A DNA stretch of 64,000 bases from an uncultured Christensenellaceae bacterium (GCA_944380305.1 CALWHF010000004.1:42844-106843), one strand, 5' to 3'; positions 17,646-27,551 are shown, numbered from the stretch's first letter. Translations and numbers: made by a program. Notes: generated by a model not told the origin, from the sequence alone.

Positions 17646-19079
17646 ATGAAATTATCCGAATTACTTGAGGGTGTAGCAGCGTCGGAGCCTTTCGGAGATA
17701 CCGAAATCGGCGGGGTAGCCATAAACAGCAAACAGGTGAAAGAAGGAGACCTCTTCGTATGTCTTCATGGGGTGAACGGAGACGGGCACTCGTATTGCGA
17801 CGAGGCGATCGCGGCAGGCGCGGCGGCGATAATATGCGAAAGGAACGTGGGCGCGAGATCGGTACCCGTGATAAAAGTGCCCGACACGAGACGGGCATAC
17901 GCGCTGATCGCGTCGAATTTTTACGGCAATCCGTCGCGCTCGATGCGGATAATCACAGTAACGGGAACAAACGGCAAATCCACTACCGCGTATCTTACGG
18001 CAAAACTTCTCGAAGCGGGAGGCTACCGCGTCGGTCTTATAGGTACGATGTATTACGAGTATGCGGGGAAGAAACTTCCGTCGACGCTGACGACTCCCGA
18101 CCCTATGCAGCTGCATTCTCTTCTCGCCGATATGAAAGCGGCGGGCGTTGAGTATGCGGTTATGGAGTTTTCGGCACACGCGATATATCTGAAAAAGCTG
18201 TGCGGGATATGCAGCGACGTATGTATTTTTACCAATCTTTCGCAGGATCATCTCGACTTTTTCGGAGATATGAAGAGATACAAAGCGGTCAAAAAAAGCT
18301 GTTTTACCGCCGAATACACCAGGTGCGCGCTCGTCAATGCCGACGATGCTTGCGGAAGAGAGATACTTTCGGAATGCAGAGTTCCCGTCGTGAGTTACGG
18401 GCTAGAAAACCCCGCGGACTGTTTCGCGATCGACGTCGAGGATACGAAGAGAGGATGTGCGTTCGTCGCGAATATTATGGACGATCTCGTCTCGGTGGAT
18501 TGCAGACTGTACGGCACTTTCAACGTTTACAACGTGCTCGCGGCATGCGCCGCGGCGCGTATGGCTGGCGTAGGACTCGGCGAGATAGCAGATTGTCTGT
18601 ACTCGCTCGATCCCCCGTCTGGCAGATTCAACGTGATAGAGTCGGGCGGCGTAAAATACGTCGTCGATTTCGCGCACACTCCCGACGGGCTTTACAATCT
18701 GCTCAAAGAGGGCAGAAAGATGTGCAAAGGCAGGCTCGTTACCGTCTTCGGTTGCGGCGGTGACCGCGACGTGTCGAAACGTCCGATCATGGGCAAGATA
18801 GCGGGCGAAATGTCTGACGTCGTGATAGTGACGAGCGACAATCCGCGTACCGAGAGCCGTCAGTCGATCGCCGACGATATACTTTCGGGCATAAGGAAGA
18901 AAAACAAACTCTACGTCGAACTCGACAGGAGCAGGGCGGTCGCTCTCGCCGTCGAACTGGCGAAAGAGGGGGACGTCGTGCTGATCGCGGGCAAAGGCAG
19001 CGAGGGGTATATCGACGAAAACAACGTGAAAACGCCTTACAGCGACAGCGTCCAGCTCGGCAAAGCTCTCGGAAGATAA
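17646..19079 (+). CDS. murE: UDP-MurNAc-L-Ala-D-Glu:meso-diaminopimelate ligase
   Basis: GTNGKSTT P-loop. A DNPR motif (TSDNPRTE) is typical of meso-DAP-adding MurE. Confidence 0.92.
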   Translation: MKLSELLEGVAASEPFGDTEIGGVAINSKQVKEGDLFVCLHGVNGDGHSYCDEAIAAGAAAIICERNVGARSVPVIKVPDTRRAYALIASNFYGNPSRSMRIITVTGTNGKSTTAYLTAKLLEAGGYRVGLIGTMYYEYAGKKLPSTLTTPDPMQLHSLLADMKAAGVEYAVMEFSAHAIYLKKLCGICSDVCIFTNLSQDHLDFFGDMKRYKAVKKSCFTAEYTRCALVNADDACGREILSECRVPVVSYGLENPADCFAIDVEDTKRGCAFVANIMDDLVSVDCRLYGTFNVYNVLAACAAARMAGVGLGEIADCLYSLDPPSGRFNVIESGGVKYVVDFAHTPDGLYNLLKEGRKMCKGRLVTVFGCGGDRDVSKRPIMGKIAGEMSDVVIVTSDNPRTESRQSIADDILSGIRKKNKLYVELDRSRAVALAVELAKEGDVVLIAGKGSEGYIDENNVKTPYSDSVQLGKALGR

Positions 19080-20080
19080 TGGATCTGACCCTGAGACTTC
19101 TTTTATCCGTACTTGTCGGTTTCGCCGTCACCGCGCTGTTGTCGAGACCCGTGATAGCTTTCGCAAAGCATGCGAAGGCAAGTCAGACCATACTGTTTTA
19201 CGTCGATAAACACGAGGGGAAAAAGGGCACTCCGACCATGGGCGGGATAGCGTTCCTCGCGGGAGTGACCGCGGCGGTGCTCGTTCTCGGCAGACACAAA
19301 CTGGCGATAGTCGCGCTATGCGTCACGCTCGGATACGGGCTGATAGGATTTCTCGACGACTTCATAAAGGTAAAATTCAAACGCAATCTCGGTCTGAAAG
19401 CGTACCAGAAGATAATAGGACAACTGGGCATAGCCGCGATCGCGACGGCGTTCTGCTATACGAGCGGGGCGATCGGCACGGCGGTCAGAGTGCCTTTTAC
19501 CGAGATATACCTCGATTTCGGCTGGGCGTATATACCTTTTTGCGCATTCGTTTTCATAGCGATGACGAACGCGGTCAATCTGACAGACGGTCTCGACGGT
19601 CTCGTGGCGGGTAGCGGCAGCGTATATTTCGCCGCGTTCGGCATAATGATCGCTATGGCGGCGGTCTCAGCGGCTGACGACGGCATGACCGTGCTTTCGG
19701 AAGAATATTCTGCTATGGGCGTATTTGCCTTTGCTTTTTTCGGTGCGTTGATAGCGTTCTTATGGTTCAATTCCAATCCCGCGAGCGTTTTTATGGGCGA
19801 CACGGGTTCTCTCGCGACGGGCGGAGCGGCGGCTTGCGTGGCGGTTTTTTCGCAAAACGCGCTTTTTGCGCCGATCGTCGGCATAATGTTCGTGGTCTCC
19901 TGCATATCGGTAATATTGCAGGTGTTGCATTTCAAGCGTACGGGTAAGAGGATCTTTCTTATGGCTCCGTTTCACCATCACCTGGAATACAAGGGTATAA
20001 AGGAGAGCAAGATAGTGAGCTGCTACGCCGTGATAACGCTTGTCGCCGCGACGGTGGCTCTGATTGCGTACACGTTATGA
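19079..20080 (+). CDS. mraY: Phospho-MurNAc-pentapeptide translocase
   Basis: Polytopic membrane protein with GTPTMGG, NAVNLTDGLDGL, MGDTGSLALG-like and APFHHH motifs. Confidence 0.95.
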   Translation: MDLTLRLLLSVLVGFAVTALLSRPVIAFAKHAKASQTILFYVDKHEGKKGTPTMGGIAFLAGVTAAVLVLGRHKLAIVALCVTLGYGLIGFLDDFIKVKFKRNLGLKAYQKIIGQLGIAAIATAFCYTSGAIGTAVRVPFTEIYLDFGWAYIPFCAFVFIAMTNAVNLTDGLDGLVAGSGSVYFAAFGIMIAMAAVSAADDGMTVLSEEYSAMGVFAFAFFGALIAFLWFNSNPASVFMGDTGSLATGGAAACVAVFSQNALFAPIVGIMFVVSCISVILQVLHFKRTGKRIFLMAPFHHHLEYKGIKESKIVSCYAVITLVAATVALIAYTL

Positions 20081-21393
20081 ACAAAACTCTGATACTTGGT
20101 TGGGGAAAGAGCGGCGACGCCGCTTGCGGACTGCTGCGTCGTCACGGAGAAGAAGTCGTATGTTTCGACGACAACGAAGGCGATCTCGCGGGCGACGGGG
20201 TGGAAAACAGAAGGGGAATGTCGCTCGAGAACGTGCTCGAGGACGTCGGACTCGTAGTGGTCAATCCCGCCGTGCCGTATTCGCATCCCGTAATACGCGG
20301 CGCGACGGCTAAAGGGATAGAGGTCATCGGCGAGATTGAGCTGGGCTTCCGCTACTGCAACGGCAATACCGTGGCGGTAACAGGTACGAACGGGAAGACG
20401 ACGACGGTATCTCTTCTTGGCAGGATATTTGCCGAGGCAGGTATAGAGGCGCACGAACTCGGTAACATAGGCGTGCCTTTTTCTTCGATGGCGGACAGCC
20501 TGTGCGGAGCGGTCGCTATCCTCGAAATATCCAGTTTTCAGCTTGAGACGACAAAGAGTTTCGCCCCGTCGTTCGCCGTATGTCTCAACGTGACTCCCGA
20601 TCATATCGAAAGACACGGAAGTTTCGACGAATACGCAAAGACAAAGGCAAAGATATTCGTCAATCAGACCGCGGGAGATTACGCCGTGCTCAATTACGAC
20701 GATCCGATAACGAGAGCGTTCGCGTTACATATCCCGTCCAAACCCTATTATTTTTCGCTTGAAAGAAAGGTCAAAGGTGCGTACGTCGAGAACGGCGTCG
20801 CGTATTTTTCCGACGGATACTCTGCAGAAAAAGTCTTCTCGGTCGCAGACGTTCCGCTGAAAGGAAAACACAATCTTTCAGACGTGCTTGCCGCAACCGC
20901 GGTAGCCCGTCTTTACGGGATAAAAGCCGAAAAGATAGCGGCGGCGATCAAAAATTTCAAGGCCCCCGAGTACAGGATAGGCTTTGTGAAGAACTGGAAG
21001 GGGATCAACATTTTCAACGATTCGAAATCGACAAACATCGACAGCACTCTTCGCGCTTGCGAGGCGATGGACGGTGACACCGCGCTGATAGTCGGCGGCT
21101 GGGACAAGAAGATAAGTTACGAAAACTTCTTTTCGCGTCTTCCCGAAAACGTAAGGCATATCGTGTGCTGCGGAGACAACAGCGACGAGATCATGAGGTG
21201 GTCTCCCGACGGTGCGCCGTACTCGCTGGTCAAGACCGCGACGCTCGAACGCGCCGTAGAGGTCTCGCTCGGATACGGAGACGTCGAAAATCTGCTGTTT
21301 TCGCCTTCGACTTCAAGTTTCGACAGATATACGGATTACAAGCAGAGAGGCAGACATTTCGACGAGATAATAAAAGCGTTTGCAAATGGCTGA
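20077..21393 (+). CDS. murD: UDP-MurNAc-L-alanine:D-glutamate ligase
   Basis: GTNGKTTT P-loop and Mur-ligase middle and C-terminal domains. Position follows mraY. Confidence 0.92.
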   Translation: MNKTLILGWGKSGDAACGLLRRHGEEVVCFDDNEGDLAGDGVENRRGMSLENVLEDVGLVVVNPAVPYSHPVIRGATAKGIEVIGEIELGFRYCNGNTVAVTGTNGKTTTVSLLGRIFAEAGIEAHELGNIGVPFSSMADSLCGAVAILEISSFQLETTKSFAPSFAVCLNVTPDHIERHGSFDEYAKTKAKIFVNQTAGDYAVLNYDDPITRAFALHIPSKPYYFSLERKVKGAYVENGVAYFSDGYSAEKVFSVADVPLKGKHNLSDVLAATAVARLYGIKAEKIAAAIKNFKAPEYRIGFVKNWKGINIFNDSKSTNIDSTLRACEAMDGDTALIVGGWDKKISYENFFSRLPENVRHIVCCGDNSDEIMRWSPDGAPYSLVKTATLERAVEVSLGYGDVENLLFSPSTSSFDRYTDYKQRGRHFDEIIKAFANG

Positions 21394-22507
21394 GCGCAAA
21401 GCCCCGCTGGTCGCGGATAAAATATTATTGGCGGCGACTCTGACTCTCGCATTGTTCGGCATTGTCATGCAGTACAGCGCGAGCAGTTATATCGCGCTGC
21501 AACAGACGGGTGACGAGTTTTTCTACGTTAAGAAACAGGCTCTCGCGCTCGTTGTCGCGCTTATCGCGGGTTTCGGAGCGTCGAGGCTGAAAAGCGCGTA
21601 TCTGAAGAAGTTTTCGCTCGCACTTCTGGGTGTATCCGTCGTCCTGCTCGCACTTGTGTTCGTCCCCGGTCTCGGTGTCGAAAAGTACGGCGCGACGCGC
21701 TGGCTAAATCTCGGTTTTACGACTTTTCAGCCTTCCGAACTCGCGAAGTTCGCGCTCGTTATATTTATATCAACGAGATTGTCTGAACGCAGTACGCTCA
21801 GGCTGCGCGATACCGTGCAGATACTGATAGCGACATTAGCCGTATGCGCTCTCGTCATGCTCGAACCTAACATGTCGATCACGGTCTGTATAGGACTGTG
21901 CGTTCTTCTGATGTTGTTTATCGGCGGTTGCGGTATAAAACAATTCGCCGTGATGGCGGTGCCCGTCGTCGTTGCGATACCTCTTCTGATATTTGCCGAA
22001 CCGTACCGACTCAAACGTCTTCTGGCGTTCGTCGATCCGTGGGCGTCACCGCTCGGTGAAGGGTATCAGCTGATACAATCCTACTACGCGCTCGGCTCGG
22101 GAGGCTGGTTCGGACTCGGGCTTTTCAACAGCAGACAGAAGTATATGTTTCTGCCGTTCGCGGAAAGCGATTTCATCTTCGCGGTGATAGGAGAGGAACT
22201 CGGGCTTATCGGCTGTATCTTCGTTATCGCGCTGTTCGTCGTCGTGATATGGAGAGGAATAACGATAGCGATGCGCGCCCGCGACAGATTTCAGACGTAC
22301 GTCGCCGCGGGGGTCAGCATAGTCATTGCCGTGCAGACGCTGCTGAATATCGCTGTGGTCAGCGGCTCTATCCCGCCGACGGGTCTGCCGATGCCGTTTA
22401 TAAGCTCGGGCGGCAGCTCTCTCGTCGTATTCGCGTCCGCCGTCGGGCTTCTCGAAGGCATTGCCCGCAATTCACAAATCCCGCCGTCTTTCCATAAAAT
22501 GTATTAA
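21386..22507 (+). CDS. ftsW: SEDS-family peptidoglycan polymerase FtsW/SpoVE
   Basis: About 10 TM helices. FQPSELAKF, ESDFIFAVIGEELG and PPTGLPMPFISSGGSS motifs. The ORF track start at 21380 is TTG; ATG 21386 is preferred. Confidence 0.9.
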   Translation: MAERKAPLVADKILLAATLTLALFGIVMQYSASSYIALQQTGDEFFYVKKQALALVVALIAGFGASRLKSAYLKKFSLALLGVSVVLLALVFVPGLGVEKYGATRWLNLGFTTFQPSELAKFALVIFISTRLSERSTLRLRDTVQILIATLAVCALVMLEPNMSITVCIGLCVLLMLFIGGCGIKQFAVMAVPVVVAIPLLIFAEPYRLKRLLAFVDPWASPLGEGYQLIQSYYALGSGGWFGLGLFNSRQKYMFLPFAESDFIFAVIGEELGLIGCIFVIALFVVVIWRGITIAMRARDRFQTYVAAGVSIVIAVQTLLNIAVVSGSIPPTGLPMPFISSGGSSLVVFASAVGLLEGIARNSQIPPSFHKMY

Positions 22508-22537
22508 GCGATTACGCTTTCGCGTAAGGAGAGAAGG

Positions 22538-23788
22538 ATGAGCAAATACATAATCCGCGGGGGAACGCCCGTAGCGGGAGATATAAGGATCAAAGGCGCA
22601 AAGAACTCGGTGCTGACGCTGCTTGCCGCGTGTATTCTCACGGACGGCAAAGTCACGCTGCACGACTGTCCGCACATTTCGGACGTCAATACCATGCTCG
22701 CGATACTGGAGAGACTGGGGTGCAGGACCAGCAGGACGGGCGACGATGTGACAGTGGACAGCGCGGGTATTTCGGGTGACAAGATACCGGGAGGATTGGC
22801 GAGCGAGCTGAGGTCGTCTATTTTTTTGCTCGGGTCATTGCTTTCCAGGCTGAAAAAGGCGAAAGTCGCATATCCCGGAGGCTGCGAGATAGGGCTGAGA
22901 CCAATCGACATACATCTCGCGGGTCTGAGAGAGCTGGGCGTCAGGATAGTGGAGAAACACGGTTACATAGATTGCGACAGCACCCGCGCTCATTCTGCGG
23001 ACATAATGCTCGATCTGCCCAGCGTCGGAGCGACCGAAAATCTCGTTATGACCTGCGTGTTTCTCAAAGGCGTAAGCGTCATAAGGAACTGCGCGAAAGA
23101 ACCAGAGATCGTCGATCTTCAGAATTTTCTCAACGCGATGGGCGCGAAAGTCAGCGGAGCGGGTACCGGCATCATCACGATAGAGGGAGTTGAAAAACTG
23201 CACGGCGTCGAATATACGCCGATCCCCGACAGGATAGTGGCGGGAACGTGGCTCATCGGCGCGGCGATATGCGGGGGAGAACTCACTCTTTCCAACGTGA
23301 ATCCCGAGCATCTTTCGTCGCTTATAGCCAAATTGCCGAAAAGCACTTGCAAAATAACGTGTGCGCGTGATAAAATTAATATAATCTGCAACGGAAGGTG
23401 CGAAAGCATACCCAAGGTGGAGACGACCTATTACCCCGGTTTCCCCACCGATCTCCAGACGCAGATACTCACTTTGCAGACCGTCAGCGACGGTACGAGC
23501 GTCGTCGTGGAAAATATATTCGAGACGCGTTTCAAGACCGTGCCCGAGCTTCTCAAGATGGGAGCGGACGTTACGGTCAACGGGCGCACCGCCGTCGTCA
23601 GAGGAGTGCGGTCGCTCAACGGCGCGAGAGTGTCTGCAACCGATCTCAGGGGAGGAGCCTCTCTCGTGCTCGCGGGCATGTGCGCGCAGGGCGAAACGGT
23701 GATAGACAATATCTACCATATCGACAGGGGGTACGAAGATCTGACTTCGGTGCTTTCGTCGATAGGAGTAAACATAAAAAGGATCTGA
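22538..23788 (+). CDS. murA: UDP-N-acetylglucosamine 1-carboxyvinyltransferase
   Basis: KNSVLTLLAA, the active-site loop PGGCEIGLRPIDIH (catalytic Cys) and HIDRGYE. Confidence 0.92.
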   Translation: MSKYIIRGGTPVAGDIRIKGAKNSVLTLLAACILTDGKVTLHDCPHISDVNTMLAILERLGCRTSRTGDDVTVDSAGISGDKIPGGLASELRSSIFLLGSLLSRLKKAKVAYPGGCEIGLRPIDIHLAGLRELGVRIVEKHGYIDCDSTRAHSADIMLDLPSVGATENLVMTCVFLKGVSVIRNCAKEPEIVDLQNFLNAMGAKVSGAGTGIITIEGVEKLHGVEYTPIPDRIVAGTWLIGAAICGGELTLSNVNPEHLSSLIAKLPKSTCKITCARDKINIICNGRCESIPKVETTYYPGFPTDLQTQILTLQTVSDGTSVVVENIFETRFKTVPELLKMGADVTVNGRTAVVRGVRSLNGARVSATDLRGGASLVLAGMCAQGETVIDNIYHIDRGYEDLTSVLSSIGVNIKRI

Positions 23789-23789
23789 C

Positions 23790-24557
23790 ATGAACAAAAG
23801 ACTTTTAGGGATTTTTATAGCCGTTGCGGTCGCCGTCGTGGTGATCGTAGTCTGTTGCGTAATGTTTCTGACCGGATCGGTAGAGGTCAGAACGACGGAC
23901 AACCTTACTCTCGACGACGAGACGGTAAATGCCGTCATCGCTACAAGCGGCATAAAAAAAGGCTCGAGCGTTTTCGCGATCGACGAGAACGCGTCGGCAG
24001 GCGCGGTAGAAAAGGCGTATCCGTCCTACAAAGTCGTTTCGATAGAGAGAAAATTCCCCAATAAAGTGGTTCTGTACATCGCTTTGCGCACGCCTTTGAT
24101 GGCGATAGCTCTCGAACCTTCCGAAGAGGGCGGTGAAGAGCTGTTTGCGATAGTGGACAACGAGCTGAAGATACTTTCGGTCACGAACAGTGAAGGCATA
24201 ACGGGTCTTACTTTCGTCGGCAACTTTACGATCGCGGGAGACGAGACCTCGGTGGGCAGTTTCGTGGCGGACAAGTCCGAATGGCTGCAAGGCATAGTCA
24301 AGGGCGCGGAAAAGGTCAGTTTCGTTTCGTCGAGATTTACCGACTTCGTCAAGAGAATAGATTTCGGGCAGATCAACGTCAACGTAAAAACGAATACCGG
24401 CGTTACCTTCGTACTCAAAAACGTCTCGGGCATAAACGAGATGTTCGTCGGTGCTTATACGTTCTATTCCAATTACGCAAGCGAGACGATGAGAAAGAGC
24501 GGATTCATTTCTCTGACGAACAGCGGTTGGCTATGGTCCGAGACCGCTCTTAGCTAA
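23790..24557 (+). CDS. ftsQ: FtsQ/DivIB-like cell division protein (POTRA domain)
   Basis: N-terminal TM anchor followed by a POTRA-like segment (VEVRTTDNLTLDDETV...SIERKFPNKVVLYI). Position is just upstream of ftsA-ftsZ. Confidence 0.7.
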   Translation: MNKRLLGIFIAVAVAVVVIVVCCVMFLTGSVEVRTTDNLTLDDETVNAVIATSGIKKGSSVFAIDENASAGAVEKAYPSYKVVSIERKFPNKVVLYIALRTPLMAIALEPSEEGGEELFAIVDNELKILSVTNSEGITGLTFVGNFTIAGDETSVGSFVADKSEWLQGIVKGAEKVSFVSSRFTDFVKRIDFGQINVNVKTNTGVTFVLKNVSGINEMFVGAYTFYSNYASETMRKSGFISLTNSGWLWSETALS

Positions 24558-24621
24558 TTTCCCGATTGTGTCGCAGCTTAACGGATTTGCGTAAATTTCC
24601 GTATTTTTTATTACCTAACTG

Positions 24622-24650
24622 TTGACAATACATTATAATTTTATTATAAT
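24622..24650 (+). promoter_or_regulatory. Consensus sigma-A promoter placed for a leaderless ftsA transcript
   Basis: TTGACA (24622-24627), 17-nt spacer, TATAAT (24645-24650). ATG 24657 lies 6 nt after the -10 and no Shine-Dalgarno is present. Confidence 0.6.
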
Positions 24651-24656
24651 AATTAT

Positions 24657-25802
24657 ATGAACGAGGTGTTTTTGCTTGACGTCGGCTCGGGCAAGCTGGC
24701 TTTTGCGGTAGGCAACAAGTCCGATGCGGGCGTTTACAACGTCAGACATATCGCTTCCTGCGAATACGACGGTTACTATAAGGGAGAGTTTCTCGCTCCC
24801 GACGCACTCGAGGAGAGCGTACGTCAGACGATAGCCGAGAGCGGCTACCGCGGCAGGATCAACAAACTTTACGTCGGCGTTCCTACGGACTTCATCAAGG
24901 TAAGGAACAATCAGGTCAAAAACACATACCGTTCCGCGCGCACCGTCACGGACGACACCCTCGACGAGCTTTACGCGAGAGGCAATATCTTCGACGGTGA
25001 TGCGGATTACGTCGCGATAAACTGCAGTGCGAGAGGGTTCACGCTCGACAACAAATTCAGATGCGTAAATCCGATCTACGAGCAGGCAACGTATATCGAC
25101 GCCGATCTCACATACATCATGTGCGACAAGAAGTTCTGCGAGACGATCGAAAGAGTGGCGGCGGCGATAGGAGTCAGGAGAGTCAGCTATATATCTTCGT
25201 TCTGGGCTACCTGCGTGCAGATGTTGCCATCGGACGTAAGAGAGCAGGGCGCGGCGGTCTGCGACATAGGGTTTTCCAACACATCTTTCGGCATTGTGGT
25301 CGGAGACGGGTTGGAATGCGCGGCGAGCAAATCGATCGGCGGCGCGAATATAGCGGGAGATCTGTATCAGGTGCTGGATATTCCTTTCGCAAGCGCGAGC
25401 ACGCTCGTTTCGAAAGCGAATCTGTATCTCGAGACCGACAACGGCAGCTGTTACAACGTGCTTGTTGACGGCAAACCCGAACAGTTCAACAGTTTCGGCG
25501 TCAACAGGATAATACAGGCAAGACTCGACGATTTTGTGGAATTCATTTCGGAGCAACTCGCTCAGAACGGCAATTTTTCCACAGAAGTCGTGTATCTGAC
25601 GGGAGGAGGCATCGCATCGCTCAAGGGCGCGGCGGCTTATATATCGAGACAACTCGGCATGAGGCTGGAGACTATCGTCCCCGACGTTCCCACATACGGG
25701 AAGAGCTACTATTCTTCGGTATTCGGGACGTTCGACGTGGCGGACAAACTGGAAAAAAGCAAAAACGTACTGAAAAGGTTTTTTGAGAGATTTCGGAGGT
25801 AA
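24657..25802 (+). CDS. ftsA: Actin-like cell division protein FtsA
   Basis: LLDVGSGKLAFAV phosphate-1-like N-terminus, YLTGGG motif and a C-terminal amphipathic tail (NVLKRFFERFRR). Immediately upstream of ftsZ. Confidence 0.8.
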   Translation: MNEVFLLDVGSGKLAFAVGNKSDAGVYNVRHIASCEYDGYYKGEFLAPDALEESVRQTIAESGYRGRINKLYVGVPTDFIKVRNNQVKNTYRSARTVTDDTLDELYARGNIFDGDADYVAINCSARGFTLDNKFRCVNPIYEQATYIDADLTYIMCDKKFCETIERVAAAIGVRRVSYISSFWATCVQMLPSDVREQGAAVCDIGFSNTSFGIVVGDGLECAASKSIGGANIAGDLYQVLDIPFASASTLVSKANLYLETDNGSCYNVLVDGKPEQFNSFGVNRIIQARLDDFVEFISEQLAQNGNFSTEVVYLTGGGIASLKGAAAYISRQLGMRLETIVPDVPTYGKSYYSSVFGTFDVADKLEKSKNVLKRFFERFRR

Positions 25803-25807
25803 TAAAA

Positions 25808-27334
25808 ATGGCAGACGGAAGCGGAAGAGCTAAAATCAAAGTTATCGGCGTAGGCGGAGGCGGAAACAACGCCGTGAACCGTATGATAGCGGCGGGCATC
25901 AAGAGTGCGGAATTCGTCGCGGTCAACACTGACTATCAGGCGTTGACTCTTTCAAACGCGCCCACCAAAGTGCAGATAGGCGCGAAACTCACGGGCGGTC
26001 TCGGCGCGGGTGCCGATCCCAACGTGGGCGAAAAGGCGGCGGAAGAATCCAGAGAAGAACTCCGCGCGCTGCTCAAGGACGTAGACCTGCTTTTCATCAC
26101 CGCAGGTATGGGCGGCGGTACCGGTACAGGTGCGGCTCCCGTGATCGCCGCGCTTTCCAAAGAACTCGGAATATTGACCGTTGCGGTCGTGACCAAACCG
26201 TTCGCGTTCGAAGGAAAGAGACGTATGCACAACGCGATCCAGGGTATCGAGAATCTGCGCGGCAACGTGGATACTTTGCTCGTGATCCCCAACGAAAAAC
26301 TGCTCGAAGTACTCCCCAAGGGCACCGCGATGCTCGAGTCCTTCATCAAGGCGGACGAAGTGCTCAAGCAGGCTATTCAGAGTATAAGCGAACTTATCGT
26401 GACCCCCACGGTCATCAATCTCGACTTTGCCGACATCAGCGCGATCATGAGAAAGAAAGGTCTCGCTCACATGGGTATCGGCGTGGGTGAAGGTCCCGAC
26501 AAGGCTATCGAGGCTGTCAGAAACGCGGTCGAAAGCCCGCTTCTCGAAACGAATATCGAAGGCGCGAGCGGCGTGATCCTTCACGTCATGGGCGGCAAGG
26601 ATATGGCACTCGACGAAGTCGCCGACGCAAGCAGACTCGTAGAGGACATCGTCGATCCCGCGGCAAACATCATCTTCGGCACGGGCTTTGACGAGAACCT
26701 CGAGAACAAAGTACAGGTCACGCTTATCGCCACGGGCTTCAGCGCGCCCGCAGAGGACGCGAACGGCGGTTATTCGCAGAGAAGAGGACAGGGCTCGGCT
26801 CAGTCCCGCACTTCGGCGGCAATGGATAACGCTATAAAGCGTCTCAACGACAGTCGCAAGAAGGAAAGCGCGTACGACGACATCGGCGACGACAGGAACA
26901 GAGGTTACGCTCCCTATCGCGGCGAGTCGAGAAACGAAGGTCAGAACGCAGATCAGCGTCGTTTCGACAACTACGGCGAAAGCGGCAGGAACAACGGCAA
27001 TTTCGGAGGAAATTACGGCTATTCCGACAACCGCGGACAGGCTCCCGCAGGCAATAATTACGGTCAGAATCAGAATTTTGCTCCCAGCGGCGGCAATTTC
27101 GCGGGCGGCAACGGCGGCTATACAGATTTCCGCGGAGCGGGCAATGGCAATTACGGCACGCAGGGCGGCTATCAGAACCAGGGCGGCTTCGGCAATTATG
27201 CGACTCCTCAGCGTCCGCAGGACAATGCGGGACAGTATCAGCCGAGAGGTCAGCAGGGCGGTTACAACGCGCCTCAGGACGAGGACGATGAAAAGCTCCC
27301 CGCGTTCCTCAGAGTCTTCCGCAAGAAGAAGTAA
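25808..27334 (+). CDS. ftsZ: Tubulin-like cell division protein FtsZ with a ~180-aa low-complexity C-terminal linker
   Basis: GVGGGGNNAV and GMGGGTGTGAAPV signatures. The linker is G/N/Q/Y/R-rich and the protein ends in a conserved-type C-terminal peptide, DDEKLPAFLRVFRKKK. Confidence 0.95.
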   Translation: MADGSGRAKIKVIGVGGGGNNAVNRMIAAGIKSAEFVAVNTDYQALTLSNAPTKVQIGAKLTGGLGAGADPNVGEKAAEESREELRALLKDVDLLFITAGMGGGTGTGAAPVIAALSKELGILTVAVVTKPFAFEGKRRMHNAIQGIENLRGNVDTLLVIPNEKLLEVLPKGTAMLESFIKADEVLKQAIQSISELIVTPTVINLDFADISAIMRKKGLAHMGIGVGEGPDKAIEAVRNAVESPLLETNIEGASGVILHVMGGKDMALDEVADASRLVEDIVDPAANIIFGTGFDENLENKVQVTLIATGFSAPAEDANGGYSQRRGQGSAQSRTSAAMDNAIKRLNDSRKKESAYDDIGDDRNRGYAPYRGESRNEGQNADQRRFDNYGESGRNNGNFGGNYGYSDNRGQAPAGNNYGQNQNFAPSGGNFAGGNGGYTDFRGAGNGNYGTQGGYQNQGGFGNYATPQRPQDNAGQYQPRGQQGGYNAPQDEDDEKLPAFLRVFRKKK

Positions 27335-27353
27335 TATATTTTTTCGCGATTGC

Positions 27354-27383
27354 AGATCTCCTCGGTCGAGGGGATCTTTTTTT
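27354..27383 (+). terminator. Rho-independent terminator after ftsZ
   Basis: AGATCTCCTC pairs with GAGGGGATCT (one mismatch), followed by T7. Confidence 0.65.
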
Positions 27384-27551
27384 ACGGTTATTTGGCGGGG
27401 GCGTACCCGTGTTTCGAGGTTTATATATCGGAAAGAGCCGTTTATCCGCCTTAATTTTTGTCAAATGACCCTGATCGGAGCGTTTATCGTCCTTTTTACG
27501 CGTATTTCTTACTTGAGATCAGACGCGATTTTTCAATTTTGCGGCACGCAA

